Shown piece by piece: positions 36,401 through 46,700 of a stretch of 64,000 nt of DNA. Origin of the DNA: a virus. The stretch lies in IMG/VR virus record IMGVR_UViG_3300030012_001865, positions 30,286-94,285 of that record; one strand, given 5' to 3'. A program made the translations under genes and the position numbers. The first letter of the stretch is position 1. Each line of letters starts with the position of its first letter. The notes under the pieces are model-generated. The model was not told where the DNA came from. It did no database searches and was given only the letters and a program-made list of their open reading frames with translations.

Positions 36401-37089
36401 TACAAGTTTAGATCTCTTTCTTTAGATACAAGTTCTATTACTTCATCTACAGTATTTATAAACTTTAGTCTTTGATCATACTCATAGATTGTAGCTATAT
36501 CTAGTGCTCCATCTATTTTTAGAATCTGCTCTGCATTTTTTAGCAGCTGTTGTACAGTTTGCAAGTAAGATTTTAGAGCGACTCTATCATTAAATTTTTC
36601 TAGCTGCGCTGCTAGAGCTTCTAGATCTGCCACATATTTAGACCTCATGTAGTCTATACGTATTTTACGGGCTTCTTCTACAGACGTAGCATTTTCTATC
36701 TTACTCTGCAGCTCTTCGGCCCCCATCATTTGTATTTTCTTAGCAGTTCTTAAGTTTTTTACACGAGTCTTAACTCGTTTTACAAGATCTTCTATTATTT
36801 TATCCCGTGTTGCCTCCTGATATTGTGTTCCTAACAGTAATGTAGATTCTTGCTCTATTTCTATTGCAATCTCATTACTATCTATAACTTCAGCTACAGC
36901 TTTTATTGTAGGATAGCCAAACTCATCTAGTCTAGGGTCTTCTTTAGAGAATGTCCCTGCATTTACAGCAGATAACCAGTCACCAAACAAATCTATAAAC
37001 TGCGGCGAGTGTACAAAGTCAAATACAGCTTCTGCACTATCTTTAAATCTAGCGCTATTGTCTAAGTCTATTTTTAATTTACATGCCAT
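33499..37089 (-). CDS. Large ejected cargo protein following the virion RNAP
   Basis: About 1196 aa, helical; ATG 37089 (MACK); F...FGDW..LDE.G.P N-terminal motif; last of the three-gene RNAP block typical of crAss-like phages. Confidence 0.8.
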   Translation of the reverse strand: MACKLKIDLDNSARFKDSAEAVFDFVHSPQFIDLFGDWLSAVNAGTFSKEDPRLDEFGYPTIKAVAEVIDSNEIAIEIEQESTLLLGTQYQEATRDKIIEDLVKRVKTRVKNLRTAKKIQMMGAEELQSKIENATSVEEARKIRIDYMRSKYVADLEALAAQLEKFNDRVALKSYLQTVQQLLKNAEQILKIDGALDIATIYEYDQRLKFINTVDEVIELVSKERDLNLYVTKDNTGGKGIDFEKILALKASVQSRFNFKAREAIANKWGSIPGKVTRTYFRMYSDDFANPKKGGVTYTQWRKSKGLKDNALDGSRTKTRKLYQEARAKFVADQMERNADMIRQAEVDNYMRILKDNPKDISGFAHYMLDARNMGDDIISLAAEILDKKDYLTMRRTVEKVTELEKLWSEYIKGKNTRDMRSLWGDMIGREESGKLTKFLVDQIKPEFWTERKKFLDPMIKAQNEHGINSYQYIEAKKEYIEWYNENVKSRDKESGKYNVADKWIDPRFAFFADEKNKNKIEYKMYWFFRDMITERDEMYPNRRGLKLPAIQKTLMETSFEDGLIPAIKRIYKDNFTLTASDIDYYEKGQDNSDDISKWEQVKALMYTTLNEYGQVQQKIPVYYRQDDKVPLSEQSYDLPSILLMDYWGSVNYEESSYVQAELETLKQVVGASKVGKSHWGKKKAQKIKVKGEDKLSFEMEDGVASNVYKNLSSVIEDRLYGVKNIGSGKLNKLASSLMAWTSDTMLIFNHYSALASVFQSKTIQSMRAMSGMYFDVEYGFGDIIDAEYKFGIDLPNILGDIGLMRPGALTNLLGERFQAEQDWSPALKRFMAATKLSQSADKSTLHAFHQMGEHYVQHLLMYSFLNAIKIQNSKGQYINKEGKVVKDRKQAMSFDEIYEAKEKKLKVREGLDIGALVFKTGRIINVKNNNLADAEFKVTRHLFELNYYVNGNYTSKNNALAQRYILGRAAFALRRWLIPGGLEKYRGADKMFTPREDLRMDDLDYSRQSEDFQFGMFTEAVRYVSTLIRQGELLKAELKADRWNTLSERERGDIRRATIYIVEMILSGVSSALLLAAAKAAPSDDEKKLLLYGSFFVRRLYSELSFYVNPVELVRIMRSPAASVSMLENAIELFLRFFGKEIPRLATGRGFETYTRGKRKGRTKIGKELRDILPIFKQFDRDVENSLKFLYGNNN

Positions 37090-37091
37090 AA

Positions 37092-40000
37092 TTAACAAAT
37101 GTCTCTCTCAGGATTAATATTTGTAGGTTTTTTATCTACTTTAACTGCTATTTCTCTTAAGCTGTTTTTAAATTCTCTATAACTTGCTAATTGGAACTGT
37201 TTTAGTTCTATTTTAGGGTCATTTTGCTCAAAGATACTATAATTTACTTTCTTTTCTGCGTAACCATCAGGATCATATCTATACTCATTTACAGTATTAC
37301 CTTTAGAGTCTTTAAATCCTAGCGGAGATATAACTTCGTATACAGGATTTTTAATTGTTTGTCCTTCTACTGTTGAATATTTTAAACCAATTAATTTATA
37401 TGTCAAACTTCGTATAGCTCTAGTTTTTGTGTAGATAGGAGTTCCGTCGTCTTTGTATCCCATTATTCTAGTCTCTATTTCTCCTAGCACATTGCTTTTT
37501 ATAATAGGAGCATACACAACTTTACCATCTGCTCGTCTTCTTTTTACAGCCTCTTTGGCTCTACCTGTAAGAGTTATACTAAGTTCTTTTTTAAACGGTA
37601 CAAACTTACCTTTTGCATCTGTAAATCCACTATTTTTAATATCTCGCTGAACTTTTTTAGGCTTTGTACCAAGATCTGTAACCATTCTAGGGTTATCTGT
37701 GTTATGACGTAGAATTTGTTCTACCATATCATCTATAGATAATAAACTTAAGTCAGAAAGGTCTTGTTTTACATATTCTGCAAATCCGCTGCTTTTATTC
37801 CATGTCATAGGTATGTAAGAGTGGAAAGAATTTTTATTATTATTAAATCCAGACACAAAAAACGCCATATTAACTAGTTTTATTGCAAACTTTCTTGTCT
37901 TAGGATCTATATATAAGTCTTCCCATTCCTGCACAGCTAAGTTGCGTATCTCAGGCGGCACGCTCTTAAGTCCTCTAGCGTATACATAACTAGGTAGTTC
38001 ATTTTGTCCAAACGCCTGCAATTTACTGCTTAGTAATTTATTTAACAGTATATTATCAGGATTATCTTTTTGCATTTTTCTAAATTCTACTACAAAAGAA
38101 GCGGCTTCTGATTTAGAAAATAGTAAGTTTTGCATACCAAACTCTTCTGTACTTGCTAGCTGGAATCCAGAATACAAATACGTGTACATAGTGTCCACTA
38201 GTTTTTGTCTGTTTAGAACGTTATCTGTCATTAATGTTACATCTAGTAATTTATGTAACCCTTCTACCATAAAATCAGACTCTGATAAGAATTCGTCTTG
38301 GAATGTATCTAATATATAGTCTACGTACTGGTGCGCAACACCCATAAGAGTTAGCCCGTCCGCACTGTTGTTTTGGTACTTACTGCTAAAGTTTAAAAAT
38401 CTAGGATCTTTTTCTAGAGATTCTTTTTTCTCTTTTTTCATCCTAACTTCTGTAAGGTTTCTACCAAGGCCTGTAGATATAAGTCTAGAGCCTAGCATTT
38501 GTTCTAACACTGCTTCTCCATGCTCGTTTAGTCTTAAGAATTCATCAAGAATAAACTTTTGCATGTCAAAATAATTATTTTGTCCCTCACCAAAACGCAG
38601 CAAGTCTTCTAGAATTGGTATTGTTATTTCTTGTGTAGCATTTACTTCTTCTACAACTACATCTTGCTCTTCCACTTCTAGTGTAGTTTCATCTAATTCT
38701 GCTATCTCATCGGTCTCTTCTTCTACCTCTACAGGAGCTTCTTCTACTTCACGTGTTTTAGGGAAGAAATCTTTTTTAGTTTTATTTAATGCTTTTCTTT
38801 TTATTGCACTGTTAGTTAGCTGCCTATCTGTAAGAGCTTCACTATCTAGTGAGAATAAATTGTCTACATATTCTCTAATTACAGGTTGTGCTAGGAATCT
38901 ATTTACCCATTTGTAGTTTACACCTGCACGTAATAATAAGAATGCTACGTTTACAGTGTGTGTGTTAAAGTTTACATACGATATATACGGATCTTTTTCA
39001 ATATCCACGTTTGCGTTCATGTATGCAGATATAACTTGCGTAATAAGCATGTCGTCGCCTATAACATCATTTCTAGATAAATCTGTATATTGTACAAGTT
39101 CTTTGTTTTTAGTTCCTATACCTATGTGTCCGTATCCTATATATTCTGTCAGCTGTAATCCTGCAAGCGCAGATGGTATATGGTCTACAATATTATTTGC
39201 TACAGACCCTACCATTTTCTTACCCATTAAGAATCTAGTCTTTAGTGAGTCCTGGTATACAGGGCCAAAGAATTTAAGATTAGTCATAACCTTATCATCT
39301 CTTCCTGCAAATGCCATTTCGTATACAGCATTAGCGTCATTCTTTAAGAATCCCGTATCTGTAGGGAATAGTAACTCGCCGCTTTTTTCTGCGTTCTGCA
39401 GTATAGATTCCCATACTTGTATTCTTTTGTTTTCTAATCCTTCCTTAGTTTCGTCTACAACTTTTCTTCTTAACTTGCCTTCTGTAAACTCTAAGTGTGG
39501 CACTAGTAAAAATATTTTATCAATATCGAAGTCACTACCTGTTAATGTTGTCATACCGTCAAACACTACAATAGAGTCTCCTGATCCTTTAGGTAGTATT
39601 CCTGCTATTTCCATAGAGAATATAGATGCTATGGATTGGTTTGGTATACGATACCCTAACAGCTGTAATGCATCTTTATCTATTAATGACTGTAATTCTG
39701 TATCACTAAGTTCTTCTACAGATCTACCATCTTTAGGTTTTATTTTATCTATAAACTCATACGGTAGTAGTATTTGTCCAGGAATTATTTTTTTATTTTG
39801 TAAATCTAGTTGCGGCGCTTTTAGATTTTTTGTATCTATAATCCACCTGATTCTGTTTCTCTCATCCTTTTTTAACTCAGAGTACCTCGCAGAGTCTTGC
39901 CCCAGCCCGAATCCAGTTATCTGCACAAACTGTCCTCCAAGTGCCTTATATAGTATAGACTGTTTACTTAGTGCGTTTGTCAGTGCGCTTTGCAAACCTC

Positions 40001-43000
40001 TTCTGTCTTGGAACATAGCGTCTAGTGGTATAGTACCGTCTTCTAGACCTTTTATCATGTTATCATTTTGTGTATCTAGATAACGCTGCATTAATTTTGC
40101 ATGTAACTTAGAGTGATCTGCTATACCAGGATCTAAAAAGTCTTCGTTAAGGCCGTGTTGCTGTGCAAACTTTTGTCTACCTAGCTCTGCTATCTTAGCT
40201 TCATTAGTATAGTAATCCTGTAATAGTTCAGCACCGCTGTTGTATCCAGGATAAGCTGCATCTAAATCTATATTAGATAGCACAATTTGTTTAGGCTGAG
40301 AACCTACTATTGTAGATGTAAATCCTTTTGTAGGTAGCTCTTGTGCTAGGCCCATCATTTCATGATTCTCTAAAGAAAAGTCTAGGTCAAAGTCATCATT
40401 TATTACACCATCAGTATCTATTTTAGTTACACTTTTTGCTCCTGCTTTTATAGCACTAATTACAGCAACCTGTGCTCCTACAATACCTTCATCAGTTGTG
40501 TTCTCTTTTTCAAACGCCACCATTTTATCATACAGTGATTTTAGTGGTGTTGTTTCTACCAGATCAGGCCAGAGAACTACATATGCAGTTTTTTCTATTC
40601 TAGGTACATTATATTGCCCTTTAACATTAGTACCTCTAACTGTAAACTTTTGCGGTGTAAAATTAACTTTTTTATAGTCACCTTTTTTAGCTTTTCTACG
40701 CATTATACGGTCAAAAGCTTTTTCTCTAGCATCAGGCCATCTGCCTAGCCCTCTTTCTCTTTGTCTAAATAACTCAGGTGTTATCCATGTAGTACCATCG
40801 GTAAGATCTACTTCTTCAAACATCTGTGCTATGTCTTTTCCTAATGCTTTTGTCCATTTAGGATCTGTAAAGAATTCACCAGGACTAATTATATCAGTTA
40901 CAGTTGCATGGTAATATTTAGGATTTATAGCCCACTTACCTTTGTGCTTGTATATTCTAAATCTTTGTGTAGGTGTAGTAAAGTGTCCTGAACGTTTAGG
41001 TACATCCTCCATAGATTTATACATTGCAGGGTGTCCTACAAACATACCCATGGCTTCTCTTGCAGCTATAATACTGTTAAATACATAGTCACCAAATGCT
41101 CTTGCAGATATTTGTGTGCTAAGTGTATTACCGTCTTTACCTCTTCTAGATTTAAAAGATTGTATTAGATTACTATCGATTGCTTTTGCAATTAGTACAC
41201 CTTGTTTGTCTTCAGAATATACGTCGTATTTTTTAGCTAACTCTAAACTTTTTATAAACTCAGATTTAAAAGCATCTTCTATCATCTTTTTTACTTCAGG
41301 ATCGTTAAGAATCTCTTCTGTAAGATGCATAGGTAAATTACGAGTGTACTGTGTGTCTGATGCGGCTTTGTGGTAAAGTTGTAGCTTCTCTGCTAGCGGC
41401 GTACCATATGCTAAGTCGGGGAACATCATAGTCTCTCCTTTAAATACATTACCTGTTGGTAATTTAGTTTCAGGATCGATGAATTGCTTTGTCCCATCTT
41501 TATTTAACTTGTAATGGTAGTTTAGATACAACTCATCTTGAGGTAGTCTATCTCTACCAAACACGTGGTTCCAGGCCTGTCTTTGTGACTCTATGTCTGC
41601 TACTATATATCTTTGGAATGTAGAGATAACATTGGTGTTACTAAAAGTAACTTCGCCGTTTGCATACTCTACACCAGAGTCTATGTTTTCAGGGCCTTGT
41701 AGATAGTGTTGTGTGCTAGATGTACCTGTAGATACAGTTGTATACTGACCGTTTAATACTCTAGTTATATTATTTATCATTGCATCAGCCCCTGTAAGGT
41801 ATGTATTCTTTTTACCTTCAGATTTAGTAGCTACGTTTACCATATGAAGAAACTGCTTTATTGCAAAAGCGTTGTCTTCATTTTCTAATAACCAGTTTAT
41901 CCATACAGATGTTTCTGTGTATGGTAACTTTTTTAGTTGCTCTACATAAGACTTATCGCCTTTTTGTATTCTTAATACTGCTGTGTGCAGGTAAGAATAC
42001 ATACCGTATTTCCAATACAATGTAGCGCCAGGTCCTAGTACAGTAGTTTCTAGCAAGTCTGCGTCGTACACACCTTGTGCTGTAGAGAAAGGCCTAATAG
42101 ATTTCTCATCAAACATGATAGAGTTTATGTTACCCTCTTGGTCCTCTAGTACAGGAAACGATCTGCCTTCTTTTGTTGCTTTGTGTTTGTCTATAAGATT
42201 CTGTAAACCCAGCGAGCCTTTACGTGTACTACCTAAAAATACATATTTTAGACTTGACATTAATTTATTGGCTTCTATTGCAGGGTTATCAGACTGCTTA
42301 AATAAATACTCTAGCGCTACAGGGTCCGCCTGTATACCAATTGTATTCAATACTTTTGCAAACACCTGCGCTATAGGTTTTAACTGTATATCAGCTTCTG
42401 TAAGATCTTGTATGTTTGTTTTCTTTGCTTTAACTAGTGCCCGCTTGTAAACTTCTTTTAGTTTCTTATTAAATGCTGTGTAAGCGGCCACTGCTTTTTC
42501 TGCATTTCGTACATCTAATATTCTTTTACCTACTTGATTAGGTTTAGTCATCAGCTGCTCGTAGGCTATCTGCCAATTGTCTCTAATGTTTTTCTCACTA
42601 GATTGTACGTCAGGGCTTCCTATTCTTGTACCTGTTCTAGAAGTACCATCTACAAATGTAGTTGTATAGTCTAGCTCTGGCCGCATAAATGCTTGCACAA
42701 ACTGTGTCTTCTTATACTGCGGCGCTCTTTCTAGCATTGCTACAAGCTCGTTAAACTCAGGGTGGAATCCTTGCACATCTTTTAATCTTTCTATCATCAT
42801 CTCATATACATCTACAGTAGGGTCCGAAGAGTATATGTTACTTAGATACTGCATTATAGTTGCATATGTTTTTGTAAGATCTACTAAGGTAGGTTTACCA
42901 AGTGTCTTACTCATAACAGGTACAATTTTACCGTCTTCAAATGTAACGTTAAACAAACTTCTAATCATAAGCTTAACATTTGCTGTCAGCTTTTCTTTAG

Positions 43001-43784
43001 GATTACTAAAGTGTGCGTCTTTTACATTTAACGCTGCGGTTTTCTCATCTTCTTTTAGTTCTATTCTAGTTTCTCTACTCATTCTAGAGAATACCATTTC
43101 TAATAGTTGTGACGAGTTTACAGGATCTTTAGGATTGTATCTAGGCACAGGCATATTATTCTCATCAAGCAGAGGTACTCTGTTACCATCTTTATCCTGT
43201 ACATCTTTACGTAGATATACTATGTCTTCAAAAATTTGCTGGTATAATCTATATGCTTTAGTTCCTTTTAGCTGTGGATTTTTTCTTAGTTGTATCATGT
43301 GTGCTGCAGCCCACTCACCAAAAAATCTGTAGTCTAGGTTTTTAACATCGTCAAAGTCTTGTACCTGGTACCGTTTATTTTTTACAAATGCTGCAGACAA
43401 AACATCAACTGCTTCTTTTATTTCTGCAGGTGTCATTCCTGGTATACGGGTTAGGCCTACAGGATACATGGCTGTAGCAGACTCTAGGTTAGAATCAAAT
43501 ATATACCATCTCTTTGACTGTTTTGTTTCAGGATCTATACTTACATAAAAGTTTTTAAATATCTGCGGTTCTCCGTTTTCGTCTACGTTATTACCAGACT
43601 CACTCTCTGCAAACCATTTATTAAAATCTTCTTGTTGTGTTATAAGATATGTATTATATGCTCTCTGACCATCTTGATTATATATATCATAGAGTTTTCC
43701 AAACAGTAAAGATGTTTTACCATTAGGTGCTAATACGGATTCTTTACCGCTCTTAAACGATTCGTCTAGTAAATTACACTTCAT
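37092..43784 (-). CDS. Virion-packaged RNA polymerase (crAss-like, double-psi beta-barrel)
   Basis: 2230 aa; catalytic TGSDFDIDK (~39515-39545), GYRIPNQ, TDGTTWITP, A.VD..KDP. Confidence 0.92.
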   Translation of the reverse strand: MKCNLLDESFKSGKESVLAPNGKTSLLFGKLYDIYNQDGQRAYNTYLITQQEDFNKWFAESESGNNVDENGEPQIFKNFYVSIDPETKQSKRWYIFDSNLESATAMYPVGLTRIPGMTPAEIKEAVDVLSAAFVKNKRYQVQDFDDVKNLDYRFFGEWAAAHMIQLRKNPQLKGTKAYRLYQQIFEDIVYLRKDVQDKDGNRVPLLDENNMPVPRYNPKDPVNSSQLLEMVFSRMSRETRIELKEDEKTAALNVKDAHFSNPKEKLTANVKLMIRSLFNVTFEDGKIVPVMSKTLGKPTLVDLTKTYATIMQYLSNIYSSDPTVDVYEMMIERLKDVQGFHPEFNELVAMLERAPQYKKTQFVQAFMRPELDYTTTFVDGTSRTGTRIGSPDVQSSEKNIRDNWQIAYEQLMTKPNQVGKRILDVRNAEKAVAAYTAFNKKLKEVYKRALVKAKKTNIQDLTEADIQLKPIAQVFAKVLNTIGIQADPVALEYLFKQSDNPAIEANKLMSSLKYVFLGSTRKGSLGLQNLIDKHKATKEGRSFPVLEDQEGNINSIMFDEKSIRPFSTAQGVYDADLLETTVLGPGATLYWKYGMYSYLHTAVLRIQKGDKSYVEQLKKLPYTETSVWINWLLENEDNAFAIKQFLHMVNVATKSEGKKNTYLTGADAMINNITRVLNGQYTTVSTGTSSTQHYLQGPENIDSGVEYANGEVTFSNTNVISTFQRYIVADIESQRQAWNHVFGRDRLPQDELYLNYHYKLNKDGTKQFIDPETKLPTGNVFKGETMMFPDLAYGTPLAEKLQLYHKAASDTQYTRNLPMHLTEEILNDPEVKKMIEDAFKSEFIKSLELAKKYDVYSEDKQGVLIAKAIDSNLIQSFKSRRGKDGNTLSTQISARAFGDYVFNSIIAAREAMGMFVGHPAMYKSMEDVPKRSGHFTTPTQRFRIYKHKGKWAINPKYYHATVTDIISPGEFFTDPKWTKALGKDIAQMFEEVDLTDGTTWITPELFRQRERGLGRWPDAREKAFDRIMRRKAKKGDYKKVNFTPQKFTVRGTNVKGQYNVPRIEKTAYVVLWPDLVETTPLKSLYDKMVAFEKENTTDEGIVGAQVAVISAIKAGAKSVTKIDTDGVINDDFDLDFSLENHEMMGLAQELPTKGFTSTIVGSQPKQIVLSNIDLDAAYPGYNSGAELLQDYYTNEAKIAELGRQKFAQQHGLNEDFLDPGIADHSKLHAKLMQRYLDTQNDNMIKGLEDGTIPLDAMFQDRRGLQSALTNALSKQSILYKALGGQFVQITGFGLGQDSARYSELKKDERNRIRWIIDTKNLKAPQLDLQNKKIIPGQILLPYEFIDKIKPKDGRSVEELSDTELQSLIDKDALQLLGYRIPNQSIASIFSMEIAGILPKGSGDSIVVFDGMTTLTGSDFDIDKIFLLVPHLEFTEGKLRRKVVDETKEGLENKRIQVWESILQNAEKSGELLFPTDTGFLKNDANAVYEMAFAGRDDKVMTNLKFFGPVYQDSLKTRFLMGKKMVGSVANNIVDHIPSALAGLQLTEYIGYGHIGIGTKNKELVQYTDLSRNDVIGDDMLITQVISAYMNANVDIEKDPYISYVNFNTHTVNVAFLLLRAGVNYKWVNRFLAQPVIREYVDNLFSLDSEALTDRQLTNSAIKRKALNKTKKDFFPKTREVEEAPVEVEEETDEIAELDETTLEVEEQDVVVEEVNATQEITIPILEDLLRFGEGQNNYFDMQKFILDEFLRLNEHGEAVLEQMLGSRLISTGLGRNLTEVRMKKEKKESLEKDPRFLNFSSKYQNNSADGLTLMGVAHQYVDYILDTFQDEFLSESDFMVEGLHKLLDVTLMTDNVLNRQKLVDTMYTYLYSGFQLASTEEFGMQNLLFSKSEAASFVVEFRKMQKDNPDNILLNKLLSSKLQAFGQNELPSYVYARGLKSVPPEIRNLAVQEWEDLYIDPKTRKFAIKLVNMAFFVSGFNNNKNSFHSYIPMTWNKSSGFAEYVKQDLSDLSLLSIDDMVEQILRHNTDNPRMVTDLGTKPKKVQRDIKNSGFTDAKGKFVPFKKELSITLTGRAKEAVKRRRADGKVVYAPIIKSNVLGEIETRIMGYKDDGTPIYTKTRAIRSLTYKLIGLKYSTVEGQTIKNPVYEVISPLGFKDSKGNTVNEYRYDPDGYAEKKVNYSIFEQNDPKIELKQFQLASYREFKNSLREIAVKVDKKPTNINPERDIC

Positions 43785-46700
43785 TATTTACAAGGTGTTT
43801 GATCATCTTCTTCTAAATTACTCATATCTATATCGCTATCAATATCATCTAGCGCTTCTAAATCGTTCATCCAAGAAGGTTCGTTATTATCTTGCTCAGG
43901 TAAAGATTCTCTCTTTACTTCTACTTCTTCTACTATGTCATCTATCTCTGGAGTTACCTGCTCTTCTACAAGAGATGCAAACATTGCTGCATTAATAGCT
44001 GCTTCTGTTTCTTCTACAGACATAGTAGTATTAAGGTCTGTTACAATTTCATCTGCTGCTTCGCTTTCTTCTGCTTTAGTAATACCATCTTCTATCATTT
44101 CTTGTTTTACAGACTCCATTAGTATTTCTCCTGCATCATCGTCTTCAACACTTTGCAACTCAAGTATAGGAGGTTTCTCCTCTTTAACTTCTTTTGCATA
44201 CTCTGTAGGACTATTTATTACAGACATTCTAATACTAGGTTGTATAAACGGTGAACCTGTAGCTCTGTGTGTAAATGCACTAGTATTTACAACTAAATTT
44301 TCAACAAGCAAATCTACGTAATTAGGATCAGAAGTTCTAGACCGTTGTACATTAAATCTTTTATTTTCTACAAACCAGTCAATAATTTTTTCTTTATTAT
44401 TTTCTATGTCTTGCGCACTGTAAGATTCTACAGATATTATACCCTCGGTTTCATTAGCTATTTTTAATAAATTATTTTTTACATCAAATCTAAACATATG
44501 TTTGTCTGTAATTTGATCATTTTCATATACTAGCATGTTTAGTAGCTCAGAGAATGTAGGCGTTAGTTCACTATTACTTATGTAACTAAATAAGCTTTGC
44601 ATAAACTCTGCCTGATCTCCAAAGTCTCGTGTTTTTATATAGTCATTTATCCACGCTTCTGATACAATATCATTTAGTAATATTTTTTTAGATATTCTGT
44701 CTGTGTATATGGTATACAGCAACTCAGCAACTGGCCTGTTCAAGTTTTCTATAGATACACGTAGTGGGAATATAGAACCATTGTTCATTCGTATAGGCAT
44801 GTATACTGCACCTTTTGTATCAGGATTTGTAGCGTATAAACTTAACTCAGGATACGTTCTACCAAAAGCATCTACATATTCACTACCATCGTTAAATACA
44901 AATATAACTTTCTGATCTCTAACTCTAGGGTCACCATTGTTTAACACTGTAGCTAAGTTATTCTTTTGTCCCTTACGGGTATCTAAATGGCCGCCGCTCA
45001 TAGCTTCTATTTTTGCAGTGGCTTGTTTATCTTTTTGGTACAGATTATAAAAGTCTCTTCTAAAATCTTTTAACTCTTGCATTGCTTGATCCCATTTACT
45101 AGGGTCCATGTTACTAAATATGTACGGCTCTTCGTGCATATAAAATGTAAGAGTAGTTCCTTCATTTGTTGTAAGCGTACCTTTTATAGGTATTACTTTT
45201 AACTCTTCGTCTGTTAGATCTTGTTTATTTTTAAGTTTATTTACAGTTCCTCTAGGATACTGTCCGCCTTCACGTAGTTCTATATAATCAAAATCTATTT
45301 CCCATACAATATCTTTATCTTGTTGGGTTATGTCTCCTGTGTTAGGATTCTCTAAGTAGTTAGATGTAGTTGTATCTGTACCAGGAGTGTTGTTAAAAAA
45401 GTTTCTTACAGATTTCCACGCAGCTGTAAGTATGCTTTGTAGTTTTACAGGTTTGTCTTTTTCTATACCTGCCTGCAGAGTGTCATCTTCTTTAGATATT
45501 ATTACTTGTAAATTTTCGTTTTCTTCTGCAGCTGTGTCATTAGAAGGTACTTCAGGATCTCTTTCTGTAGCTTTATTAGTAGTCTGTATAGATTCGTTAA
45601 CTGTAGCAGATCTCTGCGCTTTTATTACATCTTTCTTTAGTATTCTACCATTCTTACCAGTACCCTGGATATTAGATATATCAATATTATTAGCATCAGC
45701 ATAGGCTTGGGCAGATGGTGTAATATTAAGCTGATTTGGTCTAGGAGATTCTTTTTTACCTTCAGCCTTTACCTCTGCATTGTAATATGCGTTAATTTTA
45801 TTATCATATTGACTAAGTAACTCTTTGTTTAGAATTTTATTAATACTTTCTTCAATTTGTGATAATTCAGCGGGACTGTAAGGTCCTCCTTCTTCTAAAA
45901 ACTTTTTAGCCATTATCCTTTCTGCTATAGTAGCATTAGGATCTAATAATTTTATTTGTGCCTTATATTTATTAACTATATTTTTTCCTTTTGCAGATTC
46001 ATTAGCAGCACGAATTAATTCTCTTCTATATCTTGCTTTATCTCTTTTCTTTACTGCATCCAACTTCATTTGAGTAGCTTCATCAAATGATAAAGTCTCA
46101 AGTTCTTCTTGCATTTTTTGCTCTAAATCAGATACATTATCTACTTGATTTGGCGTAGGAGGATCTTCTTTAGATCTTTCGTTACTCTCTTTATTCTCTT
46201 CATTTTTTGTTGCATTTTCAGCTGCTTCTCCGCTTTCTACAACAGATGCTATTTGTTCTTCAGCTTTTTTTATAGCCTCATCTCTTTCGTCTAATGCTTT
46301 TTTAGCTTGCTCAAATTCTTTTGCAGGATTATTATATATACCTGTAATCATTTCTTGGAATGCTTGCAGTTCTCTAGCTAATAATAAACCATCTGCAAAC
46401 AAATCAAACAGCTGTTGCATTTCTAAATCATTTAGATTTATTTCTGCACCACTCATTTGTTCTAGTTGTTCTACAAATTTGCTAAACACTTCTTGCAAAA
46501 CTTTAGAATCATTTAAATCTTTTTTAGTAAGTTCTAATCCTTTGAACCCTTCCATGTTTACAATACCAGCTGTAAGATTTAGAAGCGCCGTATTTATATC
46601 ATCACTACGTCTGTCAAAATCTTTAGACATGTAAGAATAGTATGCTAGCTTTTGTTCTATCAGCGCTAAAGTCTGTGCATTTACATTAGGATCGTTAGAT

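Noticed and set aside
38956-40083. 375-aa + strand ORF and other long antisense ORFs over the late genes (e.g. 42835..43332, 43935..44321, 54004..54330)
   Set aside because: Shadow frames of real - strand genes; Ser/Leu/Ile-rich, no motifs
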